Shown in pieces: positions 9,545-17,567 of a stretch of DNA of 64,000 nt (its first letter is position 1; each line of letters begins with the position of its first letter). The stretch lies in the IMG/VR virus record IMGVR_UViG_3300032516_000005. One strand, 5' to 3'. The notes under the pieces are model-generated. The model ran no database searches. It was not told the DNA's origin and saw only the letters and a list, made by a program, of their open reading frames with translations. A program made the translations under genes and the position numbers. The DNA is from a virus.

Positions 9545-9805
9545 TCAGCGCTTCTGTTTCCGGCGGCGACGACGTGCCGCGAGGCCCGACTTGCAGGCTG
9601 GCCGCTTCCGTAGCCAGTCGGCTACTGCCGTGGCCGTGCCGTACGCATCGGCTTTGTCAGACGTGAAGCTGCCGCCGTCCTTGCCGCCCTGGACCTTGCC
9701 GTTGACGATCGCTTTGACGACGTACTCGTCGTACTCATGGTTGCGGTAGATGCGCACGGCACACTTCGTACCGATAGGTGTCTCGTGGATTTTCTTGAGC
9801 GCCAT
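9545..9805 (-). CDS. small protein with GLA+Arg tail
   Basis: ends SGLAARRRRRKQKR. Confidence 0.65.
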   Translation of the reverse strand: MALKKIHETPIGTKCAVRIYRNHEYDEYVVKAIVNGKVQGGKDGGSFTSDKADAYGTATAVADWLRKRPACKSGLAARRRRRKQKR

Positions 9806-9808
9806 GGT

Positions 9809-10141
9809 TCAGCCTTTCTTGATGCGATCGCGTACACACGCGACGCGGAAGTGTTTGGCGGCTTCGTCCAGCTCGCGGGCTTCAAGCGAGTCACGGAAGG
9901 CCCCCTGAGCGAGATACGGCATCGACGCGTCGTAGTGAACCGCAGCTTGGCCCTCGAAGTACGTCGCACGACGAAGTTCGGTGTCAGCCCGCGCGCAGTT
10001 CCCCGTGGTAAGCGCGGCGGCTATCCCCTTGGTGGCTGAACGGACTGCATTGCGTGCGACGACCAGTGAACGTGCATGCGTATCCTCGGCACTGCCAAAA
10101 TGGGCGTGACGCCCTCGACGGATGCGGCGGGTACGGGCCAT
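9809..10141 (-). CDS. small protein, paralog of the C-terminal domain of 63288..63782
   Basis: basic N-terminus then FGS..TH..GNC..YDAS..CVRD. Confidence 0.7.
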   Translation of the reverse strand: MARTRRIRRGRHAHFGSAEDTHARSLVVARNAVRSATKGIAAALTTGNCARADTELRRATYFEGQAAVHYDASMPYLAQGAFRDSLEARELDEAAKHFRVACVRDRIKKG

Positions 10142-10157
10142 GTCGCCAGACTATCAC

Positions 10158-10173
10158 GATCGCGCACGCGATC
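10158..10173. promoter_or_regulatory. GATCGCG-NN-CGCGATC palindrome, bidirectional promoter element
   Basis: flanked by TAGTAT-7nt-ATG (+, 10190) and TAGTCT-6nt-ATG (-, 10141). Confidence 0.75.
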
Positions 10174-10189
10174 AGGTAGTATCAGGGCC

Positions 10190-10462
10190 ATGACACAACC
10201 CAGAATGTCGAAGAAGAAGCGCGAGTACCTGGACTACTTGCGCACGCAGATCATCCCCGACACCAGGGCCACGGGTCGAATGGCCACCGCACAGGATCTG
10301 CAGAAGTGCGCGCGGCTGATCAAGGCCGGCAAGACCGACGCGAAGTTCGTGCGGTTTCTTCGCGAGACACTGATCCCCGACTTCCGCGCGAGCGGCAGCG
10401 ACGGCTACGTCGACGACTTTCAGCAGTGCGCGCGGTACATCACGCCCAAGCGTCGACGCTAA
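10190..10462 (+). CDS. small two-repeat protein
   Basis: YLRTQIIPD.RA.G..QKCAR repeated as FLRETLIPD.RA.G..QQCAR; basic ends. Confidence 0.65.
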   Translation: MTQPRMSKKKREYLDYLRTQIIPDTRATGRMATAQDLQKCARLIKAGKTDAKFVRFLRETLIPDFRASGSDGYVDDFQQCARYITPKRRR

Positions 10463-10493
10463 GAAATGACCGCGTCTTCGTCAGGAACACTAG

Positions 10494-10973
10494 ATGATCA
10501 TCGCATTCTACGAAGAGCCGTCGCCGCTCGACTACCCTGATCGTGGACCTGTTCAACGCTTCGGACTGTTCTCGCCCGAGCTGCCGTCGTTCGATCCGAA
10601 GGACACCTACTTTGCCGTCACCGAGCGCGTGCACCGCTACGGCAAGACCGGCAAGCTGCTCAAGAAGCCGCGCATCGAGGTCTTGCCTGGCGCGCGGCCA
10701 GGCACGCTCGCGTGGCTCGACTGGCACATGATCGGGCCACGGGTCCTCTACATCGACTTCATGACCGTGCGCAGCGACTGGCGCGGCATGGGCGCAGGTC
10801 GTCGGCTCGTCGAGGAGTTCTACCGGCTCGTCGAGGAGTTCTACCAGTACGTCGTCGTGCCGCGCGCCGATACGATCGACTGGGGCAAGATCGTGAGCGA
10901 CCGCGCGGAGCATCTCTATCGGTACATGACGAAGCGCTACTCCGGCATCCGGCACTACGGAAAGATCCGATGA
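10494..10973 (+). CDS. GNAT acetyltransferase
   Basis: YIDFMTVRSDWRGMGAGRRLV acetyl-CoA motif A. Confidence 0.75.
   Translation: MIIAFYEEPSPLDYPDRGPVQRFGLFSPELPSFDPKDTYFAVTERVHRYGKTGKLLKKPRIEVLPGARPGTLAWLDWHMIGPRVLYIDFMTVRSDWRGMGAGRRLVEEFYRLVEEFYQYVVVPRADTIDWGKIVSDRAEHLYRYMTKRYSGIRHYGKIR
10803..10844 (+). repeat. 21-bp perfect tandem duplication (in frame)
   Basis: CGGCTCGTCGAGGAGTTCTAC x2 = RLVEEFY x2. Confidence 0.9.
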
Positions 10974-11770
10974 TGGCACAAACCCGTTATCGCCAACAGC
11001 TCTACAGCGGCACGGTCTATCGGGGCACGCAGCACCACGCGATCACGGGCGTACGCAAGGCGTTGTCGTTCGCGTACTCACTGCCCGTGGCGATCATCTG
11101 GTCGTCACGGCCAGGTGACGTTTGGGGACGGACCAAGCCAACGTTCCTGTCGACGTCGACGGTCCACATTGCACAGATCAACGTGCGTAACCCGTTCGTC
11201 TGGGATCAGAACCACATGACACTGGGCGACGTCTTACGCGACCTGGGATACGGCAAACGCAATGGCATCACCGAAGACGAAGTGACGAAGATCTACAACT
11301 ACATGCACAAGCGGATCCTCGGCCAGGCGCAAGGCGGTGATTTCGGGTACAAGCTCGTCGACGAAGAGGGCGACGAACGCGACGAGGATGAAGTCCCGTT
11401 GAGCTTCCGCAACCCCGAGTCGATGATCTCGATGGCGCGTGAAGACTGGGTCTACGCGCCGACGCTCGACACGGCAGATCTCCTGAGCGCTGACACGTTC
11501 ATCTTCGCCGATGCGCCGGCCGTGCAGCGCGCAGTGCTCGCTCGGGGCTTCGACGTGCTGGTCTACGTCGACATTTTCCAGGGCGGCGAAGATGCTGCCA
11601 AGGAACTGCTCGACTGTCCCATCAGAGACCTCGACGGTATCGACGAGGACATGGATCTCAAGGGTGCGTGGCAGACCGTGCACGACACCGTACGGATTCT
11701 GGATCCCGCGGTCATCGTCGAGATGTCGGCCGTGCCGACGGCGAGCTTGCTCGACCGGCGTTACTGCTAG
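10970..11770 (+). CDS. putative ADP-ribosyltransferase-fold protein
   Basis: VYRGT...LSFAYSLPVA..WS...INVRNP...GFDVLVY pattern. Confidence 0.45.
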   Translation: MMAQTRYRQQLYSGTVYRGTQHHAITGVRKALSFAYSLPVAIIWSSRPGDVWGRTKPTFLSTSTVHIAQINVRNPFVWDQNHMTLGDVLRDLGYGKRNGITEDEVTKIYNYMHKRILGQAQGGDFGYKLVDEEGDERDEDEVPLSFRNPESMISMAREDWVYAPTLDTADLLSADTFIFADAPAVQRAVLARGFDVLVYVDIFQGGEDAAKELLDCPIRDLDGIDEDMDLKGAWQTVHDTVRILDPAVIVEMSAVPTASLLDRRYC

Positions 11771-11840
11771 CGGCGGCCGCGGATCGTCTACGGTGCCGTA
11801 GAAGGCCAAGGTGCCTTGACAGCTCAGGATCTGGGCCTTA

Positions 11841-11874
11841 CCTGGAAAACACCATGGCCTGGAAAACACCATGG
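11841..11874 (+). repeat. 17-bp tandem duplication spanning a start codon
   Basis: CCTGGAAAACACCATGG x2; TTGACA at 11816 upstream. Confidence 0.9.
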
Positions 11875-12263
11875 CCGAACCTGCAGCTGCGTCTGACAAA
11901 GGTCCGTACACCTCGACTGAGGTCAAGACCGTCAGGATCGCCGAGCCGATCGAGTTGAGCTTCACGACGAAGCAAGACGCCAGTCATCCACCGTCGTGGC
12001 CGATGTCGCCCAAGGCGCCCATACCGCCGGCCGGCAAAGACTCCTACACGTGCACTGAAGTCAAGACGCTCAAGATCGCCGGTCCGATCGAGCTGACGTT
12101 GACGACGACGTTCAACTCCAGTCATGTGCCGCCACCTCCAGTGGCGCGCGACGATGAAGAGAGCAGCAGCCTCATGGACGTGCTGCAACCAATCGCGCAG
12201 ATGATCATCGCCAGGCTCGACGAAATTCGCCGCGCCCAGCGGGAGCCGCAAGACCCGTCGTGA
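11871..12263 (+). CDS. hypothetical protein with internal repeat
   Basis: YTSTEVKTVRIAEPIELSFTT / YTCTEVKTLKIAGPIELTLTT. Confidence 0.6.
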   Translation: MAEPAAASDKGPYTSTEVKTVRIAEPIELSFTTKQDASHPPSWPMSPKAPIPPAGKDSYTCTEVKTLKIAGPIELTLTTTFNSSHVPPPPVARDDEESSSLMDVLQPIAQMIIARLDEIRRAQREPQDPS

Positions 12264-12276
12264 GCGATTCGAACGT

Positions 12277-12684
12277 CTAACGTCGCCGACGGCGACCGAG
12301 GCCACCGCGCGTCGCTGCGCGCTTGGCTGCACCCTGCGCCTGCGCCGCCGTCCCGTAGCCCTGGAACTTGCCTACGGTCTCGACGCCGCAGCGCTCTGGA
12401 TCGTAGTGCCGCACGGAGTAACCGCGCCGACCGTCAGGACCCTTCTCGCTGGTCGTGAAGTACGCGCCGCCACGACCGTCGTGGTACGCGGTCTCACCGA
12501 CGCGCGAGCTGAAGAACCGCATCGTCTCGGGCTCGAAGAAGTGGCTGTGGCAGATCCTCGCGCACTCTTTCACGTCGTCGATGAACGTGCGTGTGCCAGC
12601 CGTACTCGCGGCCGTCCCAGCGCCGCCTGTAATCTTGCAGCTCTTACCTTTGCCGGTAACTTCAGTGCCTCGAAAGCGTGCCAT
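12277..12684 (-). CDS. conserved phage protein with GGLG+Arg tail
   Basis: HFF..ETMRFFSSR, YFTTSE; ends RGGLGRRRRR. Confidence 0.75.
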   Translation of the reverse strand: MARFRGTEVTGKGKSCKITGGAGTAASTAGTRTFIDDVKECARICHSHFFEPETMRFFSSRVGETAYHDGRGGAYFTTSEKGPDGRRGYSVRHYDPERCGVETVGKFQGYGTAAQAQGAAKRAATRGGLGRRRRR

Positions 12685-12700
12685 GCCCGTAGCCTACCAC

Positions 12701-12716
12701 GATCGCGCGCGCGATC
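12701..12716 (-). promoter_or_regulatory. palindromic promoter element
   Basis: GATCGCGCGCGCGATC-GTGG-TAGGCT-6nt-ATG(12684). Confidence 0.75.
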
Positions 12717-12720
12717 GTGA

Positions 12721-12987
12721 TCAACGCAGCACCCCGCGACGCTCCATAATCTCCTGGCACTCCTCGCACCACTCGGGCCACGACATCGACTGCCGGGCTA
12801 ACTCGCGGCTCGCGTGGCAAACGATCGCGCCATGATCTTCGCAGACCGTGCACCAGGGCGTTTCAGGATCGCTTTCCATCCCAGCTTCGTCCGCACGGTA
12901 GAGTGTGATGATCGCTCCGCTGGCACGGTTGCGGCGGCACTCCACGGCGCCTGCGTTGTTCACTAGAATCTGGCGGCAAGGGTTCAT
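12721..12987 (-). CDS. hypothetical phage protein
   Basis: W.TVCEDHG...P.WCEEC motif. Confidence 0.6.
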   Translation of the reverse strand: MNPCRQILVNNAGAVECRRNRASGAIITLYRADEAGMESDPETPWCTVCEDHGAIVCHASRELARQSMSWPEWCEECQEIMERRGVLR

Positions 12988-13286
12988 CAGCGCCTCGCCC
13001 TCGTGCCCGGAGGCGGCTGTGCCGTCGAGTGACCTGGCCCCGCCCACAGGTACTCGCACGCCCAGTAGCGCGGCGTGAGCTTGTTGCTAGCTCGTCGAGT
13101 GCCACAGAAATGCCGCGCCCGGAACGATCGGCGCGCCTTGGCGCTGTAGTTGTGCCCGTAGCCCTTCGCGCCGAAATGCACGAGCTTCTCGTGCCCTCGC
13201 ACGCACGCACGCACCATGAACTTCTTGCCGGGACGTGTGCTCGGGACGGGACGGTTGCAGACGAGCTTGCGCTTGCGTTTCGCCAC
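12987..13286 (-). CDS. basic protein resembling DUF5754/DUF6321 viral proteins
   Basis: STRPGKKFMV...VHFGAKGY...RRSFRARH...RYWAC. Confidence 0.6.
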   Translation of the reverse strand: MAKRKRKLVCNRPVPSTRPGKKFMVRACVRGHEKLVHFGAKGYGHNYSAKARRSFRARHFCGTRRASNKLTPRYWACEYLWAGPGHSTAQPPPGTRARR

Positions 13287-13333
13287 GCGCTCGATGATAC
13301 GCGATCACGCAAGTCACGGGCGACGGACGAGGT

Positions 13334-13873
13334 TCATGGACAGCGCCAGCGTACAGGCACGGCGTCGTTGCGGGTGTAGCACGTGTGTTTCGGTGTGCCG
13401 TTCTTGTTGACGGCTACGCAGTACGCTTCGACATCGCCAAGCAGCCGCGCGACCACGGCTTGGCGCACGTGCTCGATGTGTCTGCCCCATGCGACGAGAA
13501 CACGGCCGCCTTGCTGGCGCACGAGGTCGACGGCAGCCAGGATCGCAGCGTCATTGTCAGGTCCGACGATGTCGATCCCGTGATCACGCGCTTCAAACAT
13601 TGCAGCCGGCTTCGTCGCGCGGAAGCCGTAGGCGTTGGCCTTGATGAACCGCGCGTAGCCCCAGGCGATCGTGTAGAACGACTCCTTGTGGACGGTCGGG
13701 TCGTCGTCATCCCCGGTCGCCGTGCTGGGATTCAAGCCAATCGACACAAGCACGCCGCCGCCGCGGCGTGGCGTACATGCTGCGGTCAGGTCGCGCGTCA
13801 GTTCATAGCGCCACGTGCCACAGGGTGAGAACCGCGCCGTGCCTGGCCCGAGCGGCTTGAGGCTACGCGCCAT
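13334..13873 (-). CDS. DUF1643 family protein
   Basis: FSPCG.WRY.L.R, IGLNPSTA, DDPT, AWG, NKNGTPKH. Confidence 0.85.
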   Translation of the reverse strand: MARSLKPLGPGTARFSPCGTWRYELTRDLTAACTPRRGGGVLVSIGLNPSTATGDDDDPTVHKESFYTIAWGYARFIKANAYGFRATKPAAMFEARDHGIDIVGPDNDAAILAAVDLVRQQGGRVLVAWGRHIEHVRQAVVARLLGDVEAYCVAVNKNGTPKHTCYTRNDAVPVRWRCP

Positions 13874-14048
13874 TGAGCTGCTTGTGCAGGCAGGTGTTGC
13901 AGAGCGCGACCGGTGACGCTTTCAGTTCTGCAAACTGCGGGTGACGTTCGTCGACCAGGACTTCTCTCGTGCAGGTCTTGCGATGGCACGGGAACGCAAT
14001 CTCCCGTGTCACCGTGCCGTCGCCGTTGGGCCACTGAGTCTCGCGCAC
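13863..14048 (-). CDS. small Zn-ribbon protein
   Basis: CHRKTC..CNTC; fills the operon gap. Confidence 0.45.
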   Translation of the reverse strand: MRETQWPNGDGTVTREIAFPCHRKTCTREVLVDERHPQFAELKASPVALCNTCLHKQLNGA

Positions 14049-14055
14049 GCGCGTG

Positions 14056-14448
14056 TCACTCTTCGTCGTTGTCGTCGGGCGGAAGCAGCCCGAGCGCGCG
14101 CAGCTCTTCGCGTGAAAGCGCATCGAACTCTGACATCGATGGCGGTTTCATCCACGGTGGGCCGAATGGCATGCCCATACCCATGCCTGGCATTGCGTGA
14201 CCGAGCTTGTGCATAACCACAACCGGATCAGGGATCTCCAGTTCGAGCATGTCGACAACACGCTTCGTGCAGCCCTCGCACAGATCGAACGTCGCCGGGA
14301 AATTGCCCGTCGTGACGCTCAAGTTGCCCCAACTATCCGTTCCCCGACGGCGGCCTGCACCGAGGATCGACGGGATGCCGGCCATCTCGCCCTCGTCGAC
14401 GTGCTCGACACCGCAGCCATCGCACTTGCTCGTTAGCCTGCGCGACAT
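14056..14448 (-). CDS. hypothetical protein
   Basis: CDGC..DLCEGC phage-type Zn finger. Confidence 0.65.
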   Translation of the reverse strand: MSRRLTSKCDGCGVEHVDEGEMAGIPSILGAGRRRGTDSWGNLSVTTGNFPATFDLCEGCTKRVVDMLELEIPDPVVVMHKLGHAMPGMGMGMPFGPPWMKPPSMSEFDALSREELRALGLLPPDDNDEE

Positions 14449-14451
14449 CGA

Positions 14452-14994
14452 TCAGCTCGGTTCGTTCGCGCCGTGATGTTCAGCGACCTTCATGCAAAAC
14501 GAAACAACGTCAGTCATGGATAGATCTCGCTTGATGAGGTTCGCTTGCTTCGTTGTCCACTGGATGTTGCCCTTCACGTAGCCGCGACCCGAATCGATCC
14601 GATCGATAGAAGCGTTGCTCACGGCGCGCCAGTTTCTACGATGACTGATCGTAAGCTCAACACCGGTCAACGCACATCGATAATCTTGACCGCGTAAAAC
14701 TTTGAGGGCGTACGCCTGCGTGATCCGAAAGATGTGGCCGCGACGTTTCGCGTTGCTGCGTAGGCTTTGCCATAGCAACGAACCGATCGGTGTTCGTGGC
14801 TTGAAGTTCTTGTTGCAGCAGTTTCGACAGGAAACACTTTTCTTCGCGACAAGAGAAGTTGAAGTTACAACCTTCTCTACACCGCAAGCACATCGGCAGC
14901 GCCACATCGTGTGATTGTGCTTGTTGTTGGCGGTGCGTTTGAGGACCGTCCACTCCGAGAATCGGTGGCCGGTTAGGTCAATCAGTTTCGGCAC
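14452..14994 (-). CDS. HNH-type homing endonuclease
   Basis: DLTG.RF..WTV, WRCRCACG, CALTG, SIDRIDSGRGYVKGNIQW; locally lower GC. Confidence 0.8.
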   Translation of the reverse strand: MPKLIDLTGHRFSEWTVLKRTANNKHNHTMWRCRCACGVEKVVTSTSLVAKKSVSCRNCCNKNFKPRTPIGSLLWQSLRSNAKRRGHIFRITQAYALKVLRGQDYRCALTGVELTISHRRNWRAVSNASIDRIDSGRGYVKGNIQWTTKQANLIKRDLSMTDVVSFCMKVAEHHGANEPS

Positions 14995-14998
14995 GTCA

Positions 14999-15238
14999 TC
15001 ACGACGGTGAACCGAACCAGATCAACCGCAAAGTGTCCGTTGCGCTCTCGAAGCTCACGCCGCCGCGCTTGGCTGCGTCGACAGCGACGATCAGTGCCAT
15101 CGGAACGACAACGGCGCACGGGAAGCCGCGCTCGCTCCAGCGTTCGAACAAACCGGCGAAGTCTTGTTCGATGGCGTCGGCAGCGGCCTCTTCAGTCGGC
15201 GTGAGCATATCGGACGACGCAAAAACTTCGGGTGTCAT
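14999..15238 (-). CDS. hypothetical protein
   Basis: ORF abutting the HNH gene; start uncertain. Confidence 0.45.
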   Translation of the reverse strand: MTPEVFASSDMLTPTEEAAADAIEQDFAGLFERWSERGFPCAVVVPMALIVAVDAAKRGGVSFESATDTLRLIWFGSPS

Positions 15239-15356
15239 GTGGCTCGTCGCTTGTATCGTAGCGTCGTTCGACGGACAAGCGGTTTCGTGGGACCTCGTTC
15301 GACGAACAAACGATTGACGAACAGCCGTTTTCGCCAAGCCGTCAAGCGCCGCATTG

Positions 15357-15372
15357 GATCGCGTGCGCGATC
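15357..15372 (+). promoter_or_regulatory. palindromic promoter element
   Basis: GATCGCGTGCGCGATC-9nt-TACCGT-6nt-GTG(15394). Confidence 0.7.
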
Positions 15373-15393
15373 AACTTCTGGTACCGTTGACGC

Positions 15394-17151
15394 GTGTCAA
15401 CCATCCTCAAGAACATCCTCGCGTTTTCGAGCCTGGCTGTAGGTGTTCCTGTCGTTTTGCCGCATCGCCTCAACGTCAATGGGATCCCAGCGCTGCCCAA
15501 GACGGTAGAGCCTGATGTTGGCGGGTTCGTGATCACGGCCGACGCGACCAACATCACCGTCACACGAACCGTGACCGGCCCAGCGGCTGTCAACGTCCTC
15601 GTCGAGTTCTGGCACACGATCGAGTCCGTTGTTCCGCTCGTGCCTCCACCGGGCAAGCTCATCGGCCAGGTGCCATGGATCCAACAGCCCGGCGCTGGTG
15701 GCGGCAGCTCCGGTGGGGGAGACCCGAATTGCCTGATCTACCGCCCGGGTTCCGGCCTGCTCGGGCCGGTCGTGTTCGATACGTGGGCTGGTCTGATCGC
15801 GGCCCTCGCAACGCTCCGAGCTTCAGCCAACGGATCGGGCTGCTACACGATCGCGTTCGACGACTCGATCGTCTCCCCGTGCGTGATCCCGCCGGGCGCG
15901 TACGACATGACCCAGGTCACCTGGGAGCCAGCGCTGATCACCACGACGGGTACCAACGTCGCCGTGAGCATCCCCGAGGGCGTGACGTTCACGAAGCTGC
16001 GCCTGTTCAATTTTTCGCTGGCGATCACGTTCACTGGCGTGACTCCTCCAGTCTCTGATTTCGGGGCGTTCGATGTCGTCGGGATGTTCGGCGGTGTCAA
16101 GATCGGATGTTCCGGTACCGGGCCGTTCTTCTCCAACACCGTGGTCGGTGGACCGCCCGTGATCTTCGGGATCGATCGCGGCTCGGTGATCGCCGACCTC
16201 GGGTTTGGCCAGGCCGTCATTGACGCCCCCGTGGTCGGCGCGTTCGTCTTCATCGTCGCGCAGTCAGCCTTTTCTGAGCTGCAAGCGAACACGGTATCGG
16301 GCGTCGTGGGATCAACTCTCCTGATCGGGACCGCTGCCTCGGGGATCCAGCTCGCGTCCGAGACGCACCCGGCATTCCTCGGCACGCTGGTGCAGCAAAA
16401 CACCACGCGGGCTCGCCTGACCCCGACGCCTGCGCCGCCGTCAAAGCCGGTGATTGCTGACATGACGATCACCGACGCGAACGCGATGGTGCTCGTCGAT
16501 CCGTCTGGCCTGTTCCCGGTCCCCGGCCAGCTCGTGCTGACGCTTCCACTTGCGGCAAGCGCGAGCGTCAACCGTGGACAGCACGTCATCATCAAGAACG
16601 TGTCGCCGCTCCCCGGCGTCATCACGATCATCCCGCAAGGCGCGGACACGATCGACGGAATCGCGCTGGTCGCGTTCAACGAGCCGATGGGCGCGATCTG
16701 CTTCGTCTCCGACGGCGTTGACACCTGGCGGCAAGCTCCGACGAGCTTGTACGCGCCACCCGAGCAGTGGGCGCAGGAGAACGTCGCGCCGAGCCAGACC
16801 GGCGTTGCGCTGAGCTGCCAGGTCTCGACGAACTTTGATGACCTTCGCATGATCCGTCCTGGATCGATCGTCGGCCTCGGCGTGCGCTTCACCGAGGCGA
16901 TTACCGCAGGCACCGCGACGATCCGCGCCACCATCAACGGCGGCAACGCGGCGATCGAGGTGGTCTGCACGTCGCTGTCGAATGCCGACGGCGGGCAGAT
17001 GACCACGCAGAGCGGCGTCGACGTCTACGCTGGCGGGAGCGTCATCGGCGTCGAGATCGACACCGATGCCGGGATCACGTTCGCGAATCGATCGAACGTC
17101 GAGGTCTGGCTCGAAGTGACCGAATTCGGCGACCCACTCCTTCGTCGGTGA
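15394..17151 (+). CDS. large beta-rich structural protein (fibre/spike-like)
   Basis: V/T/G/P-rich, Gly linker, LTLP.A....GQ.VIIKN..ITI.PQG.DTIDG fibre-type module; last codons altered by the adjacent inversion. Confidence 0.65.
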   Translation: MSTILKNILAFSSLAVGVPVVLPHRLNVNGIPALPKTVEPDVGGFVITADATNITVTRTVTGPAAVNVLVEFWHTIESVVPLVPPPGKLIGQVPWIQQPGAGGGSSGGGDPNCLIYRPGSGLLGPVVFDTWAGLIAALATLRASANGSGCYTIAFDDSIVSPCVIPPGAYDMTQVTWEPALITTTGTNVAVSIPEGVTFTKLRLFNFSLAITFTGVTPPVSDFGAFDVVGMFGGVKIGCSGTGPFFSNTVVGGPPVIFGIDRGSVIADLGFGQAVIDAPVVGAFVFIVAQSAFSELQANTVSGVVGSTLLIGTAASGIQLASETHPAFLGTLVQQNTTRARLTPTPAPPSKPVIADMTITDANAMVLVDPSGLFPVPGQLVLTLPLAASASVNRGQHVIIKNVSPLPGVITIIPQGADTIDGIALVAFNEPMGAICFVSDGVDTWRQAPTSLYAPPEQWAQENVAPSQTGVALSCQVSTNFDDLRMIRPGSIVGLGVRFTEAITAGTATIRATINGGNAAIEVVCTSLSNADGGQMTTQSGVDVYAGGSVIGVEIDTDAGITFANRSNVEVWLEVTEFGDPLLRR

Positions 17152-17483
17152 TCCCGAACAGCTCGGGCTTGCCGCCTGAGATGTCCGAGTAGAGCTGCAT
17201 TGCTCCCGCGACAGGGGTTGGCGTTGCGCCACCTTCGGCGAGGATCTTGACAATTTCCGCACCTGCGCGGCGATCAAAAGAAGGCATGGTCTTGGTCCTT
17301 ACGCGCGGGACGATCTATCAGATCACTCCGCCGGCAGCAGCCTCGCCGAGCGTCGACGTTCAGGACGAGGGCGTCGCCATCGCTGGGAATCCACACTCGA
17401 CGTTGAATTTTGCCGGTGCTGGCGTGCTCGCCGTAGATGCTGGAGGTGGCGTCGCAACGGTTACGATCTCAATGGAAACTTGA
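17141..17483 (+). pseudogene. fibre-like gene split by a 166-bp inversion (17141..17306)
   Basis: minus-strand MPSFD...ELFGITDE (17287..17141) joins in frame to plus-strand GTIYQIT...VQDEG...LNFAGAGV once the segment is flipped. Confidence 0.75.
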
Positions 17484-17567
17484 TGCACAGGACTGACCCA
17501 CAGGCTGGAGCCGTCCCAAGGGTGACGATCGCGTTCAACGTGGGTTGAGGTTCACGCGGACTGAGGT

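Noticed and set aside
17130-17320. Canonical invertase (hix/gix-type) sites at the inversion ends
   Set aside because: Only 2 bp of inverted homology; the flanks are dissimilar
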